NCBI GenBank assembly: GCA_016186485.1
Contig: JACPLN010000001.1
Span: 18,377-82,376, forward strand
Direction of reading: 5' to 3'
DNA: 64,000 nt
Source of the DNA: Candidatus Nealsonbacteria bacterium
Lineage (GTDB): Bacteria > Patescibacteriota > Minisyncoccia > Minisyncoccales > UBA6532
Shown here: positions 29,208-37,824 of the stretch, one piece after another
How the letters are laid out: each line of letters starts with the position of its first letter
How positions within the stretch are numbered: the stretch's first letter is position 1
Notes under the pieces: generated by a model
Databases searched by the model: none
What the model saw: only the letters and a program-made list of their open reading frames with translations
Told to the model about the DNA's origin: nothing
Made by a program: the position numbers and the translations under genes

Positions 29208-29304
29208 CCCATCGAAGATAAAGAGCTCCTCGTTCAGAGCACTCTTCGATGGGTCATAGCTCGAAAGGGCTATGGGTGGCGCAAGCCATCGCTGGCGGGG
29301 AGCT
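29208..29304 (+). ncRNA. candidate structured RNA / cis-regulatory leader (unclassified)
   Basis: 11-bp stem 29208-29218/29243-29253; 8-bp hairpin with GAAA loop (29255-29274); 6-bp hairpin with GCAA loop (29275-29290); possible pseudoknot AGCTCC (29224-29229) with GGAGCT (29299-29304). Confidence 0.3.
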
Positions 29305-29340
29305 TTATGTTTCTATATAAAAAGCACCGCGTCAATTACC

Positions 29341-29577
29341 ATGGATCATAAACAATATCAAGAATTACAAAAAATAAGAGAAAAAGGGTTTACAGAAAGA
29401 GAGTTAAACGAAGTTTTGCGGTATCAACACGATTTAGGAATCAAGCACGGCGTCGTGATAATGCTATTTTTCGTAGTTTGCCCTTTAATAGTTATCCTCA
29501 CCGATCTACCCATTTGGGCAGATATCTTAGTCTTTGTCGTCCCATTGATCCCGACAATATTTTGGTTATCAGCTTAA
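29341..29577 (+). CDS. small membrane protein (hypothetical)
   Basis: ORF 29272..29577 trimmed to ATG 29341; two TM helices. Confidence 0.4.
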   Translation: MDHKQYQELQKIREKGFTERELNEVLRYQHDLGIKHGVVIMLFFVVCPLIVILTDLPIWADILVFVVPLIPTIFWLSA

Positions 29578-29596
29578 AACAATTTATTGAATTTTC

Positions 29597-29860
29597 ATGA
29601 AAGAAAAAATTACCTTTAGTGCAATTTTCAAAATAAGCGTCCTGATTGCTTTCTTGGCGATAGCGTTTTCCATCGCTTTTTATTTTGTTTACTTTCTACC
29701 TAGCCAAGCAAGAGTAAAATTAGAACGACAAGAGGGACAATACAAAGCTTGTTTACAGAAGTGTGATGCCGAATACCAATCAGAGGTCTGTAATTTTGAA
29801 TGCAGAGAGAAGTATGCGAAACCTCTTCTCAAGTTTCCTGTACTATTTCCATCAGAATGA
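29597..29860 (+). CDS. small membrane-anchored Cys-rich protein (hypothetical)
   Basis: one TM then CLQKCDAEYQSEVCNFEC. Confidence 0.4.
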   Translation: MKEKITFSAIFKISVLIAFLAIAFSIAFYFVYFLPSQARVKLERQEGQYKACLQKCDAEYQSEVCNFECREKYAKPLLKFPVLFPSE

Positions 29861-30050
29861 GATGACTTATAGTTTACAAATCGTTCGTAGCCGGGCAGTT
29901 TTTGTTTAAGAAATAGTGAGTAGTAAGGTGGGGTATACCCGAAATGTCGAACCCTTGCAATTTTCTTCAAAGCGTTGTAGACTATTGCGTTGCCCAAAGA
30001 CCTTTACTTTTTTTAGTTAAGGCAATAATGGTAGAATAATCAATACTATA

Positions 30051-33000
30051 ATGAGAATAAAAATCACCGTCGTCATTCTCTTAATTGCCATAATTCTTCC
30101 TGTTGCCGTATCTGGTCAGGCAGATTTTAGCTTACCAAAACCAGGGCTAACTCCAGACAGTCCTTTTTATTTTTTTGACACATTAGGAGAAAGATTAAAC
30201 CTCCTGTTAACGTTTTCTCCCGAGAAAAAAGCAGAAAAAGCTATTAGACTTGCTGAAGAGAAATTAGCTGAAGTACGGGTAATGGCAGAAAAGAATAAAA
30301 CCACAGCTTTAGCATCAGCTAATCAGGGCTATCAGAACCTTTTAGAGTTAGCTAATCAAAAAACCCAAGAAGCTAAAGAAAAAGGGAAGGACGTAGAAGA
30401 GCTAGCCATCTTAATAACTGAAAAAACCCTAAAACATCAGGAGGTCTTAATTGAGGTATTTGAAAAGGTACCAGAAGAAGCTAAAACCGCTATCCAAAAT
30501 GCAATTGAGGTCTCTAGGAAAGGTTCGGAAACAGCAGTAGAGGCGGTGAGTGGAACTAAGAAAGAAGAATTATCGCAGAAGATAGAGGAAATGAGAACAA
30601 CAGTTGAGGTGAAAATTAATGCCCTAGAAGGTAGAATAAAAAGCCTTGAAGAAAGATTGGAAGAAAAAGCCACTCAAGCTGAAACAGATGTAGAAAGATT
30701 GAAAAGGGAGGCCGAGACAGCCACGGGAGAAGCAGAAAAAGCTAGACTTTTGGCAGAAGTCGAAAAAGCTAAATTAGAGGCAGAGAAGGCGAGGGCCGAG
30801 ACCGAGAGGGCTAAGGCCGAAGCAGAAAAGCTCAAGAAGGAAATAGAAGAAGCTAAAAATGTAGCCGCAGAAGAAACGGTTCCGCTTTCTATCACTAGCG
30901 TTTCTCCAAATCAGATTTTAAATAATATTGAAAATCCTATAATCATTAATGGCTTTGGTATACAAAAGGGCGCAGAGGTCATTATAGGTAATATAAGTTT
31001 CGGCATCGGAAATGTTATTGATAGTAAAACTATTGTTATAAAAGTTTATCCTGGGGTATTATATCCTGGCAGTTATAATGTCCAGGTTAAGAATCCCGAT
31101 GGTAAAACAGATATTTTACATAGTGTCTTAACGATTGTTAAACCTCAACCATCAACCCCAGCCGTGCTTTCTTCGGAAGAAATAACAGCTAGAGTTTCTC
31201 CAGCAGTAATTCTAATTTGGAACAACATAAAACAAGGTTCTGGTTCTGGAATAATAGTTGATTCATCGGGATATGCCCTAACAAATGAGCACGTCATTAA
31301 TGGAGATACTGTGGTCGATGTAATAACATCGAGTGGTATCGTAACTTCAGCTCAGGTCATCGGTTGGAATGAAGTATATGATTTAGCAGTAATAAAGCTA
31401 AGTGGTAATAATTTTGAATTTGCCTCTTTTGGTAATTCAGACGAGGTCAACCTTGGGGAGGAGGCACTTGCTTTTGGCTACCCCAAAATTTTCTCTTTAG
31501 GAGCAAAAACAATTACCGTTACAAAGGGAATAATATCTGCCAGAAATACCCTAAATGGTCTTCCATATTTTCAAACCGATGCAAGTATCCATCCAGGAAA
31601 TAGTGGTGGTCCACTAGTAAATAAAGACGCTCAAGTGATTGGAATTAATACATATGGCGTAACCATTGAAAGTGCAATAGGTTCAGTCGGTGTAGGTATT
31701 AATTTTTCTCTCGAAATCAATGTTGCCAAATCCATTCTTTCCGACCTAAAAGCTGGAGCAAGGGTTTCAATTACTCCGCCTGTTACAGAAACGATTCCAG
31801 GGCCAACTTCTCCTCCTCCATCACCAGGAATTCTAAGAGTTTCCCTTGCCTCAGATAATCCTTCTTCTCAAACTTTTGTTAAAGGAAGCGTAGCTAGACT
31901 TTTCTCTGCTTTTCAATTCAGCACCGATTCAGCCGAACCAATTAGAGTTACAAAATTAAGATTCAAGATTAACAATGGTAGTGGTACTGCCGCCGATGTT
32001 TCTAATGTTACCCTTTGGGATGGTTCTACTAAAGTTGGAGGTCCAGTCGGTGTAATAGGTAGTTATGCTACTTTTGGAATCAATACAGTTGGCTATGATA
32101 CAGTTGGCCTTTTTGATATTCCAGCCGCCTCTACCAAGACCATTTATGTTAAGGCAGATATTCCTACTGGTGCTACCACAAATAGAACCGTTGATTTTGA
32201 CATTGCTTTAGTTTCTGACACTTGGGCAGATGGCATAGGTTCTAGAAATGACCTACCCTCTGGCAATATAATATTGGTTTCTGGTAACGCTGATACCCAC
32301 AGTATCTCTGCTGGTTCTCTCACCGCTTCGGTTGCTTCCACTCCAGTCGACCAAACCAGAATTATTGGTGAGACGGATATCCCATTCGTTGGTATCGTTT
32401 TCAACGCTGATGTGGCAGAGGACGTTAGAATCACTAGAGTAAAATTAACAGTCAGTTCATCTGGCGAAGCCTCAGCTAGTGATATTTCAAATATTGCTTT
32501 ATACGATGGCGCTACCAGGTTAACTAGTAAAAATAATCTTACAGCAACAGTAAGCGGAGTGCGTCATACAGTAGAATTTGTTAGCTCTGACTTTCTAAAT
32601 TCTCTTGGCATCAATATTACAAAGGGTCAGCAAAAAACCATTACAGTTAAAGCAGATATTCCATCTACCGCTGTTGTAGGCCATAAAATTGCCCTTGGGA
32701 TAAGCTCTAATAACGATATTAGTACTACTGGACTTATTTCAAATTCTCATATTGAAGAAACCCTTGTAGCAACAGGAATAAACTATGACGATACTAATCT
32801 TGCAGCAAATTTATACGAGGTTGAACTCTTGGCTAGCGGCTCTATATCAGTGACTACGGCAAGCGAGATTCCCACTACAAGAATAATAGCTGTTGGCAGT
32901 GAGGGTAGTACTACTTTCGTCAATCTAGGGCTTATCATGGCAAATTTTACCGCCTCTGGGGAGGATATTTACATAAAGCAAATAGTTATTCAAAGAGTAG

Positions 33001-34052
33001 CTGGCTATGGTTCTGATGCCAATTTCGCCTCAATCGGTTTGTGGGATGGTTCAACGCAGCTGGGTTCTGTACAAAGCCTAACTAACGGCTCTACAATTTT
33101 TAATCTTTCAGCAGGTAGCTATTGGAGAATACCTAAGGGCATAACTAAGACCTTGGCCGTTAAAGCGACCTTCAACGGGATTGGTTCTGGTTCGGTTACT
33201 GGAGATACTACTAAATTAATTCTTGCTAGTTTTGATGCTGAAGGAGTTAGTTCAGGAAATGACAATCTTTTTGGAGAAGGAGCGGTCAATATATCTGGAA
33301 ATACCCAAATTCTAAGAAAATCAAAACCGACATTGGCCGCAGCCAGCTTGCCGAGCACGACTTTGACGACTGGTGAGAAAGTGCTTTACCGCTGGACAGT
33401 TTCGGCTGATTCAGCAGGAGCAATCGGCTGGAAGAGAGTCGTATTCAACATCACCGGTACCTTGGCTGGCAACACTATCGGGGCTACAAGCACCGTTACT
33501 ACTGCCACCACCGGAAACACCTACCGTGACGGTGTCTACACTGTCACTTCAGGAACCGGAACCGGTTTGACGAAGTCCATTAACCAGTTCAAGGTTTGGG
33601 ACGTGACCAATAACCAACAGGTCACCGCCATTGCAACTGACGCTAATGGTTATAATTTATCTACTAATAGCGTTGGAGCAATTATCAGAGTTGATTCTGA
33701 CGCTTCAGCCGGCAGCAACGTCATCTTTGTTGCAGAATCAGAGCAGCAAGTGGCAGCCGGGACATCAAGGACTTACGAGTTAAGAGGTAACATTGTGAGA
33801 GCTCCTTCAGCAGGCGATGCGCTTCTGACTAGAATTGCTGACCTAGGCAGTTCTTCTTTAAGTAATAGCTATCCCTCCGTTGCTACGGCTGCTGGCGGAG
33901 ACATTTCATTAGTTGATCCATCTGTTACTATTGGTGCGTCATTTATATGGAGCGACCGCTCGACAACTAACCATTCTGAATCTACTTCTGACTGGATCAA
34001 TGACTATAAAGTCGATGGTCTTCCAGTCGCTACACTCAGCTTAAGTAAATAG
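30051..34052 (+). CDS. giant secreted multidomain protein: helical N-domain, coiled coil, IPT/TIG-like domain, S1C (HtrA/trypsin-type) protease, four ~165-aa beta-rich repeats
   Basis: signal peptide; PGLTPDSPFYFFD helical domain; AEKAKLEAEKARAETERAKAEAEK; triad His 31290-31292 (TNEHV), Asp 31380-31382 (YDLAV), Ser 31602-31604 (GNSGGP); repeats marked by LWDGST/LYDGAT/LWDGST/VWDVTN. Confidence 0.8.
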   Translation: MRIKITVVILLIAIILPVAVSGQADFSLPKPGLTPDSPFYFFDTLGERLNLLLTFSPEKKAEKAIRLAEEKLAEVRVMAEKNKTTALASANQGYQNLLELANQKTQEAKEKGKDVEELAILITEKTLKHQEVLIEVFEKVPEEAKTAIQNAIEVSRKGSETAVEAVSGTKKEELSQKIEEMRTTVEVKINALEGRIKSLEERLEEKATQAETDVERLKREAETATGEAEKARLLAEVEKAKLEAEKARAETERAKAEAEKLKKEIEEAKNVAAEETVPLSITSVSPNQILNNIENPIIINGFGIQKGAEVIIGNISFGIGNVIDSKTIVIKVYPGVLYPGSYNVQVKNPDGKTDILHSVLTIVKPQPSTPAVLSSEEITARVSPAVILIWNNIKQGSGSGIIVDSSGYALTNEHVINGDTVVDVITSSGIVTSAQVIGWNEVYDLAVIKLSGNNFEFASFGNSDEVNLGEEALAFGYPKIFSLGAKTITVTKGIISARNTLNGLPYFQTDASIHPGNSGGPLVNKDAQVIGINTYGVTIESAIGSVGVGINFSLEINVAKSILSDLKAGARVSITPPVTETIPGPTSPPPSPGILRVSLASDNPSSQTFVKGSVARLFSAFQFSTDSAEPIRVTKLRFKINNGSGTAADVSNVTLWDGSTKVGGPVGVIGSYATFGINTVGYDTVGLFDIPAASTKTIYVKADIPTGATTNRTVDFDIALVSDTWADGIGSRNDLPSGNIILVSGNADTHSISAGSLTASVASTPVDQTRIIGETDIPFVGIVFNADVAEDVRITRVKLTVSSSGEASASDISNIALYDGATRLTSKNNLTATVSGVRHTVEFVSSDFLNSLGINITKGQQKTITVKADIPSTAVVGHKIALGISSNNDISTTGLISNSHIEETLVATGINYDDTNLAANLYEVELLASGSISVTTASEIPTTRIIAVGSEGSTTFVNLGLIMANFTASGEDIYIKQIVIQRVAGYGSDANFASIGLWDGSTQLGSVQSLTNGSTIFNLSAGSYWRIPKGITKTLAVKATFNGIGSGSVTGDTTKLILASFDAEGVSSGNDNLFGEGAVNISGNTQILRKSKPTLAAASLPSTTLTTGEKVLYRWTVSADSAGAIGWKRVVFNITGTLAGNTIGATSTVTTATTGNTYRDGVYTVTSGTGTGLTKSINQFKVWDVTNNQQVTAIATDANGYNLSTNSVGAIIRVDSDASAGSNVIFVAESEQQVAAGTSRTYELRGNIVRAPSAGDALLTRIADLGSSSLSNSYPSVATAAGGDISLVDPSVTIGASFIWSDRSTTNHSESTSDWINDYKVDGLPVATLSLSK

Positions 34053-34061
34053 TTTAAATAA

Positions 34062-35183
34062 ATGAAAGAAAAAATTAAGAAAATCAGTTTAATCTTAATA
34101 ATCATTGGAGGACTTTTTAGTTTTTATGCCCAACCAACTCAAGCAGGATTTTTTGATTGGCTTTCTTGGAATAGAGTAAAAACAATTTTTATAAAAGAGC
34201 AAATTCGAGAAAGTTTGCCTGCTTCTATTTCCGAGCCGATAAAAGAAATTCCATCGCTAGGAGAAACAATCCAAGAAACTCCAGTATCGGAAACTAAAGA
34301 AACCCTGGAAGAAATTCAACCCGGGGTTACTTCGAGGATCGCAGTCCCCGAGAAAATTATCTATAAAGATAATCCGGAACAGGCGATCACTATTCAGAAT
34401 CTAAAGAATCAAATTGCAAGTCTTCAAAACCAGATAAAGAACCTCGAACAACAAATTGAAGATTTGTTATCTGGGTCGCCGGAAATAAAAGTAATCACGA
34501 AGGAAGTCCCGGTAGAAAAAATTGTAGTCAAAGAAGTTATTAAAGAGGTACCGGTAGAAGTTGTCAAAGAAGTTATAAAAATAAAAGAAGTACCAGTGGA
34601 AAAGATTGTTATCAAAGAAGTATTAGTTCCTCAAATCTGTCCGGTTTGTCAGTCATGCCAAGTGTGTTCGCCTAATCTTGGATTAGTTCCCCCATCACCT
34701 CCTGTTGCCGGTTATTTATCTATTCAAGAAATTACCGTTCCGCCCCATCAAAATACTTGGAAAATCACTGCAAGCGGAGAATCTATCCAAATTACAGATA
34801 TTGTTTTTGAGCTTGTTGATCCCCAATGGCGAGATATCGAATGGTATATCAACTGGAGGAGCGAAATCGGTTCCACAAGACCGTTAAATTACCGTACTTG
34901 CGCTACCGCAATATCCTATGATCAGGAATTTGGCACAAATTGGGCGCTTCCCGAGTGTCTTGCTAATCCAACTAATGATTTCGCCCAATACCGCGTTAAA
35001 GATTGGTGGGGTAGAGATATTACGGCTAAGTATCATATCAATGGCGTAGAAACTAGTGGTCTCATTCCTACCTTGAAGGACAGAGATTCATTCTATATCG
35101 AGAGATCGTATGCCAACCGCCCAATAAAAGCTTCTGGAGTTGGACAAACTAGTGGTACAATAATTGAGTTAGAAAATCCATAA
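34062..35183 (+). CDS. secreted protein with coiled coil, KEVPVE tandem repeats and CxxCxxCxxC cluster
   Basis: signal anchor; LQNQIKNLEQQIEDL; KEVPVEKIVVKEVIKEVPVEVVKEVIKIKEVPVEKIVIKEV; CPVCQSCQVC. Confidence 0.6.
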   Translation: MKEKIKKISLILIIIGGLFSFYAQPTQAGFFDWLSWNRVKTIFIKEQIRESLPASISEPIKEIPSLGETIQETPVSETKETLEEIQPGVTSRIAVPEKIIYKDNPEQAITIQNLKNQIASLQNQIKNLEQQIEDLLSGSPEIKVITKEVPVEKIVVKEVIKEVPVEVVKEVIKIKEVPVEKIVIKEVLVPQICPVCQSCQVCSPNLGLVPPSPPVAGYLSIQEITVPPHQNTWKITASGESIQITDIVFELVDPQWRDIEWYINWRSEIGSTRPLNYRTCATAISYDQEFGTNWALPECLANPTNDFAQYRVKDWWGRDITAKYHINGVETSGLIPTLKDRDSFYIERSYANRPIKASGVGQTSGTIIELENP

Positions 35184-35314
35184 TCTTTTTTGGTTCTAAT
35201 ATTCCGGGTGTCATTTTTGTCATTTCTCTATCCGAAAGCACCATATCAAAAAACCCATCGCCGGGCAGTTTTTATTTATCGCCAAGGAGTCGAGTTTTTG
35301 CTAAAATAGGGAAC

Positions 35315-35941
35315 ATGGAAGACATAAAATTACAAGATTTTTACGATAAAATAATAAAAGGATGGATGATGGGCGGTCTCAGCACCGTATCTAAAGAATG
35401 TCTGGGAGAAAATTTTATTCCTGCCCTGTGTTGTTTTACATTTACTGAAGCAGTTGGGCTTTATTTACCAAAGTTGGACGAAGATACCGAAAACTATTTT
35501 AAGAATAATAAGATTGGTAAAAATGGGGGACGTTTTTATAGGTGCTTATTTAGTTTAGAATCGAAAGAACGTTTTATCGAATGCGATAGAAAACTTAGAA
35601 AAAATGGTGTAAAAAAGGGTATTTATCAACTTAGACATCGATTTGCCCACAAGTATTTACCAAATTTAGTAGAACCACAACACATTCAGGTTGAAGTCGT
35701 GGGATCGCATAAGCAAAACAAGGGAAGGTTACAACAACTAAAAGATGCCGGATTATTTTTCCCCATAGTTCTTAAAGAAGACGACGAAAGAATACGGTGG
35801 ATCATTATTAACACCGTAAAATACATCGAAGAATTGCGAAATTTAGTAGATGATGTGTATAACAAAATTTTTATAGAAAGGGATAATGATTTTGTAATCG
35901 CTATGCATTCCGGGTATAGAGAACTTCTTAGGGATGATTAA
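35315..35941 (+). CDS. hypothetical protein with Rx4H (HEPN-like) motif
   Basis: YQLRHRFAHKY fits R-[NHD]-x3-H; otherwise unrecognised. Confidence 0.3.
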   Translation: MEDIKLQDFYDKIIKGWMMGGLSTVSKECLGENFIPALCCFTFTEAVGLYLPKLDEDTENYFKNNKIGKNGGRFYRCLFSLESKERFIECDRKLRKNGVKKGIYQLRHRFAHKYLPNLVEPQHIQVEVVGSHKQNKGRLQQLKDAGLFFPIVLKEDDERIRWIIINTVKYIEELRNLVDDVYNKIFIERDNDFVIAMHSGYRELLRDD

Positions 35942-36033
35942 AAGTGGGGTTTAAGTCCGGAATCCGGCAATGGTTCTAACTTAAACTACCCACAAAACAG
36001 GTTCTAACATCGTCCACCCAATTACCCCATTTT

Positions 36034-36066
36034 GGGCTTATTGCTTCCTCCGAGGAAGCAATGGCC
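36034..36066. repeat. REP palindrome copy 3 (subfamily with one bulged base)
   Basis: GGGCTTATTGCTTCCTCCGAGGAAGCAATGGCC. Confidence 0.85.
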
Positions 36067-36124
36067 TTAAAATAAAGGAAGCACCGTAATGTTCTTCCTC
36101 TCAGAGTAGAATTCAGCACATGAA

Positions 36125-36152
36125 TTGACACATTTGAAGATTTAATTATAGT
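36125..36152 (+). promoter_or_regulatory. cassette 1 promoter
   Basis: TTGACA-16 nt-TATAGT. Confidence 0.5.
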
Positions 36153-36174
36153 TGATTTAAGGATGGTGTAAAAG

Positions 36175-36594
36175 ATGGAATGCAAATGTGCTGTGTGCGG
36201 AGTTAACGAGGGTATAGAAATAAAGATTTTGGAAGAATCCAAGAATCTCGATTTTGATCTTGAAAGGGTCGCCAAACATCTTGGTTGGAAACTGGCAGAC
36301 GATGAAGAGGATAGAGCGGTTATTTCACGAGAAAAGCACCCCAGTTTAAAAATCGTAGAAAGCGAGTATCATAATAAAAAAAGCATTACTGTATTTCTGA
36401 AAACGTCGAAGAAAAAATTCTCATGCCTTGTTTCTCTGGTAGGCCCGTTGAAAATGGTCATATCTAGGTATCAAAGGATAAAGAAGGGCAGGATAGCAAA
36501 AGAAATTAAAGACGTCGTTATCTTAGATGCCAGGGGTTATTCTATACAACTAGCAGACGATTCGCACGGCTTTTTTGCATTCGGCCACGAGTAA
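36175..36594 (+). CDS. orphan hypothetical protein (cassette 1)
   Basis: 139-aa ORF, MECKCAVCG start, own promoter and terminator. Confidence 0.5.
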   Translation: MECKCAVCGVNEGIEIKILEESKNLDFDLERVAKHLGWKLADDEEDRAVISREKHPSLKIVESEYHNKKSITVFLKTSKKKFSCLVSLVGPLKMVISRYQRIKKGRIAKEIKDVVILDARGYSIQLADDSHGFFAFGHE

Positions 36595-36595
36595 A

Positions 36596-36626
36596 GGAGG
36601 AACCATAAGGTTCTCCCTCTTTTTAT
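36596..36626 (+). terminator. cassette 1 terminator
   Basis: GGAGGAACC-ATAA-GGTTCTCC (one bulge) followed by CTCTTTTTATTT. Confidence 0.6.
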
Positions 36627-36719
36627 TTCCCAAAACAGGTTCTAATAGTATCCAGCCAGCCATCCAAATAGGGTTCTAAAATCGTCCACTAGCCCCGTTG
36701 CGATTTTTTAAGCTAGGGC

Positions 36720-36748
36720 TTGACCTTTTCTTTTTGGTCTTTTAGAAT
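36720..36748 (+). promoter_or_regulatory. cassette 2 promoter
   Basis: TTGACC-17 nt-TAGAAT. Confidence 0.5.
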
Positions 36749-36768
36749 ACAAATAGGTCGTTGAAATT

Positions 36769-37194
36769 ATGACCAGTGAAGAGAACGAAAAGAAAGTATC
36801 TTATACCACACGTTTATTAAAACTGAAATTGGAGGAAATTAAAGAAGTTGCAGAGAAACTCAATCAAATGGAAGAAGCAAAACGTATCAGTCCAAAGGTG
36901 AAAGAATTCTTCTGCGGGTTGCCAGTATTTGACATCCTCCATAAAGGATTTGAAGAAGTGATGTCGTTATCTTGCCGAGTCAATAGCTTGAGTCACGACG
37001 ATTTACAGTATTTGGATTCCCAAGATTTCGGTACTTACATTAGGCGTCTACGAGGAGATGTAGCATTCCTTATTGAAGAAGTGATAGTTCGCCACTTGTC
37101 TACTTACGATTCTATTCCTTGCGATATAACAATTTCAGAATTTCTTGAGGGGCCTTTCTACGGCGAGGTTCATAAAATAAAGGGAGCAACCTAA
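36769..37194 (+). CDS. orphan hypothetical protein (cassette 2)
   Basis: 141-aa ORF with own promoter and terminator. Confidence 0.5.
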   Translation: MTSEENEKKVSYTTRLLKLKLEEIKEVAEKLNQMEEAKRISPKVKEFFCGLPVFDILHKGFEEVMSLSCRVNSLSHDDLQYLDSQDFGTYIRRLRGDVAFLIEEVIVRHLSTYDSIPCDITISEFLEGPFYGEVHKIKGAT

Positions 37195-37212
37195 AGGTTC
37201 CCCCTCTTTTTA
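37182..37212 (+). terminator. cassette 2 terminator
   Basis: GGGAGCAACC-TAAA-GGTTCCCC (imperfect) followed by CTCTTTTTATTT; the stop codon sits in the loop. Confidence 0.5.
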
Positions 37213-37301
37213 TTTCCCAAAACAGGTTCCCCTCCTTCGCTAAAGCTTCGGACGGACACAGCCCGCCCGCATCAGCTATGCTGAAAGCATTGCGGGCGGC
37301 T

Positions 37302-37369
37302 AACATCGTCCCGTAGACGACCCCATTTTGGGCTTATTGCTTCCTCCGAGGAAGCAATGGCCCTATTTT
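37302..37369 (+). repeat. 68-nt repeat containing REP copy 4 (core 37330-37363)
   Basis: AACATCGTCCCGTAGACGACCCCATTTTGGGCTTATTGCTTCCTCCGAGGAAGCAATGGCCCTATTTT, identical to 37901-37968. Confidence 0.9.
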
Positions 37370-37394
37370 CGGAGTAGAATGTACAAATGAAAAC

Positions 37395-37422
37395 TTGACA
37401 CTTTTGTAATTATGATTATAAT
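37395..37422 (+). promoter_or_regulatory. cassette 3 promoter
   Basis: TTGACA-16 nt-TATAAT. Confidence 0.55.
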
Positions 37423-37440
37423 AGCGTTGAGGATGATAAG

Positions 37441-37824
37441 ATGATTGGAATAGGGATGGTAGTAAAGAATAAAGTAACAGAAAAGAAGGGTGTGGTTGTT
37501 GACGATCCATTTGGATGCTGCGCTTCGTTTGAAACCCCAGTAGCGTACGAAGGTAGTACCAGTCTTTTCATAGGAACAGACACTAAGGATCTGAAAGTTA
37601 TTGGTCCAGAAAATGCAAAAGCCGATTTAATGAAATGTGGTGCTGGACAGGGTAAAAAATGTTGTATCTTTCTAGTGGTTGGTTCAAGTGGGCCAGAGTG
37701 TCAGAGGTTTGGCGATATGAGACTGGATATCATCTTTAGGAAAGATAAGATGACGGCTCAGCGTGAGCCTACTAAACTATATCCAAATTGTCAGCTCAAG
37801 ATAGACGAGAGTACGACTAAGTGA
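37441..37824 (+). CDS. orphan Cys-rich hypothetical protein (cassette 3)
   Basis: 127 aa, FGCCASF...KCGAGQGKKCCIF...PECQRF; GAGGA 7 nt before the ATG. Confidence 0.5.
   Translation: MIGIGMVVKNKVTEKKGVVVDDPFGCCASFETPVAYEGSTSLFIGTDTKDLKVIGPENAKADLMKCGAGQGKKCCIFLVVGSSGPECQRFGDMRLDIIFRKDKMTAQREPTKLYPNCQLKIDESTTK

Noticed and set aside
29868-29903. Possible degenerate copy of the tRNA-His 3' end (AGTTTACAAATCGTTCGTAGCC versus AGTTCAAATCTGCTTAGCC) as attR of the integrated element
   Set aside because: The similarity is patchy (CAAATC and TAGCC only) and needs indels. Serine integrases do not require long att repeats. I keep it only as a weak alternative right boundary.
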